Below are positions 1 through 9,290 of a stretch of DNA of 44,027 nt, piece after piece. Below the pieces are notes generated by a model. The model was not told the DNA's origin. It was given only the letters and a program-made list of their open reading frames with translations, and searched no databases. Position numbers and translations under genes: made by a program. Positions within the stretch are counted from its first letter, which is position 1, and every line of letters begins with the position of its first letter. The stretch is from an uncultured Spirochaetota bacterium (lineage in GTDB: Bacteria; Spirochaetota; Spirochaetia; SZUA-6; Fen-1364), in contig CAVUXE010000083.1 in assembly GCA_963745235.1 (NCBI GenBank), positions 1 through 44,027 on the forward strand, in the 5' to 3' direction.

Positions 1-73
1 TAACATTACACCAGGGAGCAGGAAACCGAAGGCGCCGCGGCCGTGCTCTTTTCTCCGGGGAACTCTGGCAGTC

Positions 74-1675
74 TTACTCCGTGAAGTGATAATAGGTGCC
101 CGCGGCAGCCGGGCTGCGCACCGTTGCCGAGCCGGCTTCGACGTACCAGACCTTGCTCCCCGTGGTCACCCCCGCCGCGGGGGTCCAATTGGCGGCTGTC
201 AGGCTGCCCGAAAAAGCCTCTAGGACAAACTGACCATTTGGATCGAGGTGTCCAAGGTAAGCGACGTACGGGGCTCCTCCACCAAAATCCCGCCACTGGA
301 AGGCCAGGCCCTTGCTGGATACTGTGGCGCCATCCGCCGGGATCACAGGACTGACCGTGAAGTCGAGCTCGTACGGGATGACTGACGTGTTTCCGGCAAG
401 GTCCATCTGCCAGATTTTCAGGGCGTAATCTCCATCGCTGGGAAGAGGAGACTGAGGGGTCCAGCTTCCCGGAGATTTGATACTAGGCACCGGAATAGTG
501 ATGGATTCCAGAACTGTTGACGCCTTGCTCAACTGAACGACGTAGCGGTCGTTCAGGTAGTCAGGGTTCTGGTCCGGAATCGGATACGGCCAGGTCGGAC
601 TAAGAGACAAAGTGGTTGTCTGATTGTTGAGAATCTGCTGCGCGACAGGCGTTCCAGGCGGAACGGTGTCTTTGACAATTGTAAACGATTGAGGCGAAGA
701 CACATTGCCGGCAGGATCGGTCACCACAAGCTGCACGGCATAGGTCCCATCTGCCCCCGAGATCGTGATTGCAGGTGAGGGCGAGCTGGCCGAGGGGGCA
801 AAAGCTACTGAGGGAGATGAGGTCCAGGAATAGCTGGCCACTGTTTTGTTGACGCTCACCGGCGGAGACGTGACAGGGGTCAGCGAGGCGTTGAAATACA
901 GGATGGACGAAGGGAACGGACTCAGCACGGGGGGAGTGACGTCACGGATCACCGTAGTGCTTCTCGGAATCGATCTTGGGCCTGACGGAGCGCCCTGGTA
1001 TTGCACCCAGACCGTCTGCGGGCCTTGCACGCTGGAATCGAGAGACCACGGCACCGTTGCCGTACTGGAGGCCCAGGCAGCTCCTGTGGCTGGAGAAGCT
1101 GAGGAGAGCCCTGCTTGCGTGCTGGCCAGGTAGATCGTGCCCGGTGACATGTTGCAGGGTATTTGCAGGCTCACCGTGTTGGCATTGGTGTATTCCTTCC
1201 CCTGGAAAAGGTTGGCGTTGACCTGAACGTCGGCGGCGGGCATGTTGCTCCCGGTTGTGAATGACCATTTATCAGGTGAGGCAAGCGTGCTCCCGGAAGC
1301 GGACTTCACGCCCCGTTGGATTTCAACCGAGTACTGCGTGGCACTTTTAAGGAAGGGATGGACGGTGATCGACAAGGTCCTGGAATCGCTCGAAAGAGAG
1401 AGATCCATCGATGGGGGCAACGGCGCAACCTGTACGAGATTCTGCTGCCCCATCAGGGTCGCGACGTCCACTGCCTCGCTGAAAACGACCGTAATTATGA
1501 CGCCGGGATCCACGTGAGAATCACCGTTTGCCGGCGTGGTCGACGCGACTGAGAGAGTATCCGTTGATGGAGGCTGGCCGGTTGATGGAGGCTGGCCGGC
1601 CTGGGGGAGGGTGCAGGTAAGCATCGAAAGGCCCAAAGAAACGAAAAGGATCAGGAGAGCACGATCGTACCGCAT
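74..1675 (-). CDS. Ig-like domain (Big_5/SbsA-type) surface lipoprotein, multi-domain, Ser/Thr/Pro-rich
   Basis: 533-aa ORF; hydrophobic signal ending LSMLTC (lipobox-like); 'VASTTPANG..V.P...ITVVFSEAVD...W.FTT' Big_5 pattern; repeated 'D.TPP' and 'D.AGN.S' Ig-fold motifs. Confidence 0.75.
   Translation of the reverse strand: MRYDRALLILFVSLGLSMLTCTLPQAGQPPSTGQPPSTDTLSVASTTPANGDSHVDPGVIITVVFSEAVDVATLMGQQNLVQVAPLPPSMDLSLSSDSRTLSITVHPFLKSATQYSVEIQRGVKSASGSTLASPDKWSFTTGSNMPAADVQVNANLFQGKEYTNANTVSLQIPCNMSPGTIYLASTQAGLSSASPATGAAWASSTATVPWSLDSSVQGPQTVWVQYQGAPSGPRSIPRSTTVIRDVTPPVLSPFPSSILYFNASLTPVTSPPVSVNKTVASYSWTSSPSVAFAPSASSPSPAITISGADGTYAVQLVVTDPAGNVSSPQSFTIVKDTVPPGTPVAQQILNNQTTTLSLSPTWPYPIPDQNPDYLNDRYVVQLSKASTVLESITIPVPSIKSPGSWTPQSPLPSDGDYALKIWQMDLAGNTSVIPYELDFTVSPVIPADGATVSSKGLAFQWRDFGGGAPYVAYLGHLDPNGQFVLEAFSGSLTAANWTPAAGVTTGSKVWYVEAGSATVRSPAAAGTYYHFTE
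1562..1599. repeat. 18-bp tandem duplication encoding GQPPST-GQPPST linker
   Basis: gttgatggaggctggccg occurs twice in tandem inside the lipoprotein tether region. Confidence 0.8.
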
Positions 1676-1794
1676 CCCATCATCCTTCAGTTCTGGAGTC
1701 TTTGGTCATAAGTGACAATTTAGTAATATCACATAAAACTTCTGCTTCGTCAAACAATTTCTTTGCAAGTATCTTTCAAGGCAAGGAGGACGCC

Positions 1795-2322
1795 ATGCCA
1801 CGACTAAATACGGGCCGCGCGGTCCAGTTCTACAAGGCGGTGTTCGACTGGGACATGGCAAGATTCTTCATCTTTGCGAATCTCCTTCTGATTTCCGTTG
1901 TTGGCTTCGCTCAAGAGACCTACATCCCAGCGGCAAACGAAGAACTTTACGGAACGTGGATCAAAGACGAAAGCGTCGTGATCAATTCACCCGCCGAGCA
2001 ATGGCAAAAGACCATCAGCTTTCAAGGGGGGTACAAGAACTACACGTTGAGGACCGACGCTCAACCATCGACCGAAGGGAAAGAGACAATCCAGTCCAAG
2101 TGGACTGACTCCGATGGAAGCGTCTGGTACAAAACTTTTGGAGAGATAACCGCAGGGTCATACGAAGGGCTGATGTTTGAAGAACTGACAAGACTCAGTA
2201 GGAACGCAACCGTCAAGGAATCCGTGTGGTTCCAAGTCTACAAGTACGACGAAAAGAGCTACCCGCAAAAGATTGATTCGCAAAGTGCTACATATGCCAT
2301 ATACAACCGTGCAGCAAACTAG
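1795..2322 (+). CDS. Hypothetical secreted protein with VOC-derived N-terminal 20 aa (alternative start 1855)
   Basis: SD aaggagg before ATG 1795; signal-peptide-like MARFFIFANLLLISVVGFA from ATG 1855; mature part ('NEELYGTW...') not recognised. Confidence 0.6.
   Translation: MPRLNTGRAVQFYKAVFDWDMARFFIFANLLLISVVGFAQETYIPAANEELYGTWIKDESVVINSPAEQWQKTISFQGGYKNYTLRTDAQPSTEGKETIQSKWTDSDGSVWYKTFGEITAGSYEGLMFEELTRLSRNATVKESVWFQVYKYDEKSYPQKIDSQSATYAIYNRAAN
1807..1856 (+). repeat. 50-bp direct repeat of the VOC gene 5' region (other copy 2561-2610)
   Basis: 47/50 identical by manual alignment; both copies encode NTGRAVQFYKAVFDWD. Confidence 0.9.
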
Positions 2323-2524
2323 GGCTCGCCTGGCCGCAGGTGATATGGAGACGCGGCGGAAGATCGATCGCTGGCTCGTTCCCCCGGAAAAAACGTGTGC
2401 CTATTCCGGATATCCTCGAGCCTTGCCTTCTCCCCTTAAGTCTATCGACCTTTCTCCTCATGCCCTGTTTTTATGTTGATTCACATCCCACCTTCCCCTA
2501 TTTTCTCTGAGAGAGGAGGATCAT

Positions 2525-2890
2525 ATGCCAAGAGTAGTCCACTTTGAGATTCCGGCGGACAACACAGGCCGCGCGGTCCAGTTCTACAAGGCGGTGTTCG
2601 ATTGGGACATCAAGAAGACGGAGATGCCCATGGAGTACTACCTCGCGACCACGGGGAAGGAAGGAACCATGGGCATCAACGGCGCCATCATGGAAAGGAA
2701 GGGCGCGACGGCGAAAAGCATTGTCAACACGATCGATGTTTCGGACGTTGACGAGTTCGTGGCGAAAATCACCAAGGCCGGCGGAAAGCAGGTGACGAAG
2801 AAGGACACCATCCCGGGAATCGGTGATTTCTGCTACTGCATGGACACGGAAGGCAACCTCTTCGGTATCCTGAAGCCCATGATGGGCTGA
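2525..2890 (+). CDS. VOC family (glyoxalase/bleomycin resistance) protein
   Basis: 'VVHFEIPAD...FY..VF.W' and 'DTEGNLFGI' motifs; SD gaggagga. Confidence 0.92.
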   Translation: MPRVVHFEIPADNTGRAVQFYKAVFDWDIKKTEMPMEYYLATTGKEGTMGINGAIMERKGATAKSIVNTIDVSDVDEFVAKITKAGGKQVTKKDTIPGIGDFCYCMDTEGNLFGILKPMMG

Positions 2891-2906
2891 GGCCCGAGAG
2901 AAAGCT

Positions 2907-3152
2907 TCAACTCAAGTTCTTCTTCATCTCCTCGTACTGCTCCCTGGTGATTTCACCGCGGGCGTAGCGCTTCTGCAGTATGTCCAGCGCTGACTCTTCG
3001 CGATGACCGCGCCACCCGCCCTGGCGAGCGAAGCCTCGGGCCACAAAGACCACGCCGACGACAATTGCCGCCAGGACCACCAGCCTGAACCCGCCGGCGA
3101 GCAACCAGAACGGGAAACCATACGCCCCGTGTCCCCAACCCCAACCCCACAT
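2907..3152 (-). CDS. SHOCT domain small membrane protein
   Basis: One TM helix followed by 'ALDILQKRYARGEITREQYEEMKK'. Confidence 0.9.
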   Translation of the reverse strand: MWGWGWGHGAYGFPFWLLAGGFRLVVLAAIVVGVVFVARGFARQGGWRGHREESALDILQKRYARGEITREQYEEMKKNLS

Positions 3153-3156
3153 GGTT

Positions 3157-3603
3157 TCAACCTCCTTCTCCGGCGACGATGTTCGGCTCCAGCGTCACCG
3201 CGGTTTTCATGGACTTCGAAATCAGGCAGTTCTGCTCTGCCTTCTCCACGATTCGCCGGGCCCGCTCCAGCAGGGAAGCGTCCTTGATCACCACCCGCGG
3301 GCGAAGGGTGATCCTCGTGATCATGAAGCCCTGGTCCGTCTTTTCCAGGAGACCTTCCGCCTCCGATGTGTAGGACAGGAACTCCAGCTTCGAGTTCTCC
3401 GCGATTGCCAGGAATGTCGTCATGAGACATGCCTCGGCCGCGGCGACAAACAAGTGCTCCGGCGACCATATTCCCGGATGCCCCCCGGGAAACTCAGGGG
3501 GCGTCGCCACGGCGAGGACCGGTAAGCCCGCCGGGGACAGTGTTCCGCGTCTCTGTGACTCCCATGAAAGGCTGGTCCTGTACAGGTGCTTTTCGTCCGG
3601 CAT
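3157..3603 (-). CDS. OsmC/Ohr family protein
   Basis: 'PPEFPGG...WSPEHLFVAAAEAC' and 'AEQNCLISKS' two-Cys pattern; SD ggagg. Confidence 0.9.
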   Translation of the reverse strand: MPDEKHLYRTSLSWESQRRGTLSPAGLPVLAVATPPEFPGGHPGIWSPEHLFVAAAEACLMTTFLAIAENSKLEFLSYTSEAEGLLEKTDQGFMITRITLRPRVVIKDASLLERARRIVEKAEQNCLISKSMKTAVTLEPNIVAGEGG

Positions 3604-3880
3604 GTCCGCCTCCCCTTCAAGAATACAACAAAAAGGGCCTGACGATCATCGGCGCTGCCATCGTGGCGGTCGGGGTGAGCTTTCACACGTGGTGGGGTCT
3701 GGTTGCAGCGCCCAGCGCGGCGCGGCCTGACCCTCCGCGCTTCGCCCCGTCGCGTGTCCCGCGACATGACGGGGAACGGCGGCGTTCGACGGTCAAGTTG
3801 CCCCCACCTCCCTTTCACAGTAACTTAGGTAACAACAACGTGACCGGTCCGCGAGTGAAACGTGCTGTGAGGAGGGTCCG

Positions 3881-4057
3881 ATGGATCAATTGTCCGCGCA
3901 GCTTCTTCCTGTCGTCAAGCACTTCACGTTCCTGATCTTCAACATCTCGGTTCCCAATCTCATCATAGGCGTGGTGCTCATCGCCATCCTCTTCCTTGGC
4001 GCGTGGGCCCGCCTGCCGCATTTCATCGAGCACGGGCCCGAAGGAAAGGGGAAGTGA
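3881..4057 (+). CDS. 58-aa single-TM membrane protein heading the cytochrome b module (not in ORF track)
   Basis: SD gaggagg, ATG 3881; MDQLSAQLLPVVKHFTFLIFNISVPNLIIGVVLIAILFLGAWARLPHFIEHGPEGKGK; stop 1 nt before the cyt b ATG. Confidence 0.75.
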   Translation: MDQLSAQLLPVVKHFTFLIFNISVPNLIIGVVLIAILFLGAWARLPHFIEHGPEGKGK

Positions 4058-4058
4058 G

Positions 4059-4655
4059 ATGAACCTTACGCGCAGACTGCAGGAGTACACGCAGCGCAAC
4101 ATGACGCTGGAAGACGCTCTGCCCACGAAGATGCCCGTCTACGTCAACTCGGTTGCGTACCTCTTCGGGGTTGCCACGCTTTCGTCCCTTGTCATGCTCA
4201 TTCTCACGGGGATGATTCTGGCCATCTTCGGTCCCAACTGGTACCACGTGTCAGGGCCGGGGCGGTTTTTCAACAGCCTACACTTCTGGAGCGCCCAGGC
4301 GTTCTTCGGATGCATGATCATCCACATGCTCACCAAGCTTCTCCTTGGCGCCTGGCGGGACGGGCGCTGGAAGACCTGGATGATCGGCGTCCTGACCCTC
4401 GGCATCGCGATCTTCGCCGGGTTCACCGGCTACCTCTCCGCCACGAGCTTCTCCTCCCAGTGGCACGCGGTGCAGGCCAAGGATGCCATGAACGCAATCG
4501 GGATAGGCGCATTCTTCAACACGACGAACTTCAGCCAGGTCCTCACGCTGCATGTCGCCTTCTTCCCGTTCCTGGTTATCGTCCTTGTCGTCGTCCATCT
4601 GACGTTCATCAGGCACGAAAGCCCGGTCAAGCCCTACCCGCAGGAGGAGAAGTAG
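4059..4655 (+). CDS. Cytochrome b/b6 N-terminal domain protein (4-TM, di-heme)
   Basis: Heme His pairs LHFWSAQAFFGCMIIH and LHVAFFPFLVIVLVVVH; 'TWMIGV', 'FTGYL' cyt b motifs. Confidence 0.88.
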   Translation: MNLTRRLQEYTQRNMTLEDALPTKMPVYVNSVAYLFGVATLSSLVMLILTGMILAIFGPNWYHVSGPGRFFNSLHFWSAQAFFGCMIIHMLTKLLLGAWRDGRWKTWMIGVLTLGIAIFAGFTGYLSATSFSSQWHAVQAKDAMNAIGIGAFFNTTNFSQVLTLHVAFFPFLVIVLVVVHLTFIRHESPVKPYPQEEK

Positions 4656-4659
4656 CGCC

Positions 4660-5622
4660 ATGAGCAGAACTTCCGACGAGAACCTTCGCGGGATACCCAC
4701 GAAGCCCTACGATCTGATCCGCGAGGGCCTTATCATCCTTGGCTTCATTGCAGTGGTCATCATCGTGCTCGCCATCTTCTGGCCGCCGCCCGATTACCCG
4801 ACGGTGCGCGGAGAAGAGGTGGCAACAAAACAGCCCGTCGCCTACGTCAAGACGGCGGCAGACATCCTGGCGGGGAACGCAAGCCTGGAGGACTACGGAC
4901 CGCCGTACAACGAGAACGTTGCAAGCTCCCAGAGGCTCCTCGGCGTTTCTCCCATCACCTGGTTCGGCGTCCGGCAGCCCCTCGAGCCCTCGAAGGACTT
5001 CGTCCTGACACCGCTTTCACGAGTGGCGGTCTTCAACAAGGACATAGCCGCGGCGCTCAAGGCATGGCAGACGGCCTCGGATGACGGAAGGGCAGCCTGG
5101 ACCAAGGCATATATCGCCGCGCTGGACAAGGCGACAGCCGTCAACGGAGAGGTCCAGGTTGCCGCGGGGGACTACGGGCCTGTTCCCGTCATGATGCAGG
5201 GCATGCTCGATCTCGGAAAGGCCGGCCTCCTGGAAGGGGCCCTGGAAAGCAATGACAGACAGCCGTACGCCCTGGACAACAGCCGCGCGATGCTCTTTTT
5301 CCAGGAAGACGTGGACGCGAGTGTCGCTGACACACTCGACATGACCGGCTCCGAGTGGGGAATCACCCACGAGGCGGGCAACCATCCAGGGCCGTGGTGG
5401 CTGTGGCCGTATGCGATCTGGTACCAGATCCCCGGGCTGAACACGAACCCGAACGCTGACCTCATAGCGATTGTGATCATGCTGGCGTTCTTCCTCATCC
5501 TGTTCTTCCTGCCCTTCATACCGGGTCTCAACAGGATTCCACGCTGGATAGGCTTCTACAAGCTTGTCTGGCGCGACTGGTATGCGCGGCAGCAGGGAGG
5601 GTCTGCGACCCGCAAGAAGTAG
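4660..5622 (+). CDS. Membrane protein, divergent cytochrome b6 subunit IV (PetD)-like, with large extracytoplasmic insert
   Basis: N-terminal 'YDLIRE'+TM+PPP, ~190-aa soluble region, 'PGPWWLWPY' at a PEWY-like position, C-terminal TM ending LPFI; 4 nt after cyt b. Confidence 0.6.
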   Translation: MSRTSDENLRGIPTKPYDLIREGLIILGFIAVVIIVLAIFWPPPDYPTVRGEEVATKQPVAYVKTAADILAGNASLEDYGPPYNENVASSQRLLGVSPITWFGVRQPLEPSKDFVLTPLSRVAVFNKDIAAALKAWQTASDDGRAAWTKAYIAALDKATAVNGEVQVAAGDYGPVPVMMQGMLDLGKAGLLEGALESNDRQPYALDNSRAMLFFQEDVDASVADTLDMTGSEWGITHEAGNHPGPWWLWPYAIWYQIPGLNTNPNADLIAIVIMLAFFLILFFLPFIPGLNRIPRWIGFYKLVWRDWYARQQGGSATRKK

Positions 5623-5724
5623 GGTTGACATCCGCGGGCTTGCGCGGTGTTGGCATCTTCGCGGCACCGTGTGAGGCCCGCGTGTTGTTTTCCGCGGCGT
5701 ATTTCCATATCTTCGATTGCATCC

Positions 5725-7514
5725 ATGAACGCAGGCAACAACGGTAAGAAACCGGCGGCCGGAGCCTGGCCAACCTGAGATCGCTGCTTCCCTACCTTGG
5801 CCAGCACTGGGTCGCGCTTGCCGTGGGCTTTGCTTTCATGCTCCTGCAGAACTACGGCGCCGTGCGCGTGCCGGCGTACTTTCAGAAGATCATTGACGAG
5901 CTCGGCGCCGCCAACCGGGTCGGAGTGATCGAGAACCTGGTTCTCACCGCCTGCCTGTACGCCGCGGTTTCCGTGGTCTCCATGTACCTGATGCGCAGGC
6001 TCATCATCGGAGCGTCGCGGGACATTGAGTACGGCCTCCGGGAGAAAATCTATGATCGGCTCCTCGAGCTGGACTACTCGTTCTTCCAGGCCCACGAGAC
6101 GGGGGACCTGGTCTCCCGGACCACCAACGACCTGGACAATGTGCGCACGCTTCTTGGTCCGGGAATCATGTATATTCCCAACTCCCTCAGCATGTTCGCG
6201 CTGTTCTTCCCGGCTCTTTTCCGTCTGAACGGGATGCTCATGCTCATCGTCTCGGCCGTCCTGGTGGCCGTGATCGCCTTCGTATTCACCGTTCTTCCCC
6301 GGCTGATGCCGTACTTTCGGGCAATCCAGGAGTCCACGGGAAAGATCAACAGCCGCGTGTGGCAGGTGGTTACCGGCATCACGACGGTGAAGCTTTTCGC
6401 AATGGAATCCGGAGAAGAGGCGAGGTTCGTGGAGCTGAACCGGGAGTTCCTGAAGCGCAACATGGCCCTGGCAAAAGCCCAGGAGTTCCTCTGGCCGACG
6501 TTCATTTTCGTCTTCTCCGCCACGCAGCTGGTGATCGTCCTGTACGGCGGACGCCTCGTGATCTCCGGGGCCATGAGCCTGGGACAGCTGCTCCAGTTCA
6601 GCGTGATGATCACGGCCCTTACCTTCCCCGTGCTCTCACTGGGCTGGATCATGTCGCTGATCCAGCAGGGGATCAGCGCAATGGGGAGGATCAACGTCAT
6701 CCTGGATGGACCGGTGGAGCGCCGTCTGGACTGGAGAAAGCTTTCCGACACCACGATATCCTTCGACGTGAGGAACCTCAGCTTCAGCTACGCGAACCAG
6801 GAAAGGAAAAGCCTCAAAGACGTGAGCCTGTCCGTTCGCGCGGGGGAGTTCATTGGCATCACCGGCACAATCGGCAGCGGGAAATCGACCCTCGTGAACA
6901 TACTGACGGGCCTCCTGAAGCCGGAGCGTGGGACGGTTTTCGTCAACGGCACGGACATCCGGGACATCGAGCCCGCCGCCCTCTTTCGCAGGATCGGGAT
7001 CGTGTCGCAGTCACCCTTCCTTTTTTCCCGCACGCTTGCGGACAACATCGCCATGGGAATGGATGGCTCGGCTGAAGACGCAAGGGTGAGGGAGGTGTCC
7101 CGGCTCGCGGGGCTAGCCGGAGACGTCGCCTCGTTCCCGGACGGCTACGGCCAGATGCTGGGGGAGCGCGGCATCACGCTCTCCGGCGGGCAGAAGCAGC
7201 GCACCGCCATTGCCCGGGCGCTGATGAAGGACAGCCCGGTGGTGATCCTTGACGACTCCCTCTCCAGCGTGGATGCGCGCACCGAATCCACGATCATCGA
7301 CAACCTCCGGCTGCTCAAGGGCGGCAAGACTCTGATCATGGTGTCCCACAGGATCTCCCCCTTGAAGGGAGCGGACCGCATCTACGTGATGGATGAGGGA
7401 AAGATCGTGGAGCACGGCACTCACGGGGAGCTCGTTTCGCGGGGCGGACTGTACGAGCGGCTGGTGAAGTACCAGCAGATGGAAAGAAGCCTGGTGCCGC
7501 CGGAAGGCGGATGA
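5725..7514 (+). CDS. Heterodimeric multidrug-type ABC exporter subunit A (TMD+NBD); frameshift near 5750
   Basis: Walker A GTIGSGKST, LSGGQKQR, degenerate Walker B ILDD; ATG 5725 is out of frame with 'SLANLRSLLPYL' by one base. Confidence 0.9.
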
Positions 7515-7517
7515 AGC

Positions 7518-9284
7518 ATGGCAGACGCAGAGCTGAGCAAGAAGCCACTGGAGACGATGCTCCTCAAGCGGCTCCTCCCCTACATCGGGAAGTATGCCTG
7601 GCTGGGGATCGGCGCCCTGGTGTGCCTCGTGATCGTTGACGCAGCCGGTGTGCTCCAGCCCTACCTCGTGAAGCACGCAATCGACGCGGACGTGGCACGG
7701 CGTGACCTCCCCGGGCTTGCCCGCACCGGCGTGCTGCTGGCCCTCGCCATGGTTGCCGGATATGTCTTCCAGGTCATCTCGGGATACGGCATCCAGTACC
7801 TCGGGCAAAGGCTGCTTCTGGACCTCAGGATGGACCTTTTCCGAAAGGTCCTCTCCCTGTCCAGCGACTACTTCGACCGGACGCCGGTGGGAAACACCCT
7901 GACGAACCTCTCCAACGACCTGGAAGCGCTGCGGGAGTTCATTGCAGAAGGCATTGTCAGTGTGGCGGGTGACCTGCTGCGGGTTTGCCTCATCCTGGTT
8001 GCCATGCTCCTGATCAACTTCACGCTTGCTCTGGTTGCGTTCATCACGATTCCCCTTTTCCTGACCGCGACGTTCCTGTTCCGCGCCGGCATCAGGTCGG
8101 GCTTCCGCCAGGTCAGGAAGGCAAACGGGGAGATCAACGTGGCCCTGAGCGAAACGATCTCCGGCGTTCGAGAGATCCACCAGTTCAGCTATGAGGATGA
8201 GGCGCGTTCCCACTTCGCGCGCAACAACAAGGCTTACCTGGCCGCGTACGTGAAAGTGGTGAATGCGTACGCCTTGTTCTTCCCCGCCATTGAGATCGTG
8301 ACGAACGCAAGCATGATCCTGGTCCTCCTGGCCGCGCATTTCTGGGTCGGCACCAGCCTGCACATCGGCGAGATCTTCGCTTTCTTCGCCTACATCAACA
8401 TGTTCTTCTGGCCGCTGCGACAGCTCGCGGAGAAGTTCAATCTCCTGCAGTCGGCCGTGGCGGCAACAGAGCGCATCTTCAAGCTCATGGACGAAAAGGT
8501 GAGCGTCGTCTCACCGACAGTCTCACCTGAGGGCGCCCTGGCCTCCCCCGCCGAGCTGGTTTTCGAAGCCGTGGGTTTCCACTACGCTCCCGAGGCGCCC
8601 GTTCTGCACGGGATCTCCTTCCGCGTTGCCCCGGGAGAGAAGGTTGCAATCGTCGGGCCCACGGGCTCCGGGAAGACAACCCTCATCAGCCTCGTCACGC
8701 GGCTCTACGATGTCCGCGAAGGGAGGATCCTGCTGGACGGCAGGGACATCAGGTCCTTCCCGCTTTCCACGCTTCGCAAGGCGGTAGCAACGGTGCCGCA
8801 GGATGTGTTTCTCTTCACGGGCACGGTGGCGGAGAACATCTCCCTCTACCAGGCATCCGTGGACTGGCGGACAGTCGAGCACGCGGCGCAGGAAGTGCGG
8901 GCCAACAGCTTCATCGGCGAGCTGCCCAAGGGGTACGGGGAGCAGGTGGGGGAGGAAGGGAAGCGGCTTTCAGAAGGGCAGCAGCAGCTGATCGGGCTTT
9001 CACGCGCCTTTGCCCGCAATCCCTCCCTGGTGATCCTGGATGAGGCGACCTCGAACATCGATTCAGAGACCGAGCACCTCATCAGCGACGGCATCCAGCG
9101 CCTGCTGCGAAACCGTACTGCCCTCATCATAGCCCACAGGCTTTCCACCATCCGGACGGTGGACCGCATTCTGGTCCTCCACAAGGGAAGGATCGTGCAG
9201 GAAGGAAACCACGAGGAGCTCGTCTCCCGTGACGGGCTCTACCGGCAGCTCTACGAGATGCAGAGCCTCATGCTGGCGAAGTAG
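7518..9284 (+). CDS. Heterodimeric ABC exporter subunit B (TMD+NBD)
   Basis: GPTGSGKT, degenerate signature LSEGQ, consensus ILDEATS, AHRLST; complementary degeneracy with the partner as in TmrAB/BmrCD-type pairs. Confidence 0.92.
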   Translation: MADAELSKKPLETMLLKRLLPYIGKYAWLGIGALVCLVIVDAAGVLQPYLVKHAIDADVARRDLPGLARTGVLLALAMVAGYVFQVISGYGIQYLGQRLLLDLRMDLFRKVLSLSSDYFDRTPVGNTLTNLSNDLEALREFIAEGIVSVAGDLLRVCLILVAMLLINFTLALVAFITIPLFLTATFLFRAGIRSGFRQVRKANGEINVALSETISGVREIHQFSYEDEARSHFARNNKAYLAAYVKVVNAYALFFPAIEIVTNASMILVLLAAHFWVGTSLHIGEIFAFFAYINMFFWPLRQLAEKFNLLQSAVAATERIFKLMDEKVSVVSPTVSPEGALASPAELVFEAVGFHYAPEAPVLHGISFRVAPGEKVAIVGPTGSGKTTLISLVTRLYDVREGRILLDGRDIRSFPLSTLRKAVATVPQDVFLFTGTVAENISLYQASVDWRTVEHAAQEVRANSFIGELPKGYGEQVGEEGKRLSEGQQQLIGLSRAFARNPSLVILDEATSNIDSETEHLISDGIQRLLRNRTALIIAHRLSTIRTVDRILVLHKGRIVQEGNHEELVSRDGLYRQLYEMQSLMLAK

Positions 9285-9290
9285 TGTGCC

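Noticed and set aside
10-72. Glycine-riboswitch-like words (ACCGAAGGCGC ... AACTCT)
   Set aside because: Lacks the GGAGA and CTCTCAGG cores and points into the 3' end of an opposite-strand gene, so there is nothing to regulate
3635-3710. 'GLTIIGAAIVAVGVSFHTWWGLVA' resembling a DUF2892/YgaP fragment
   Set aside because: No start codon or SD and no conserved C-terminal CP motif; too short to support beyond a possible remnant
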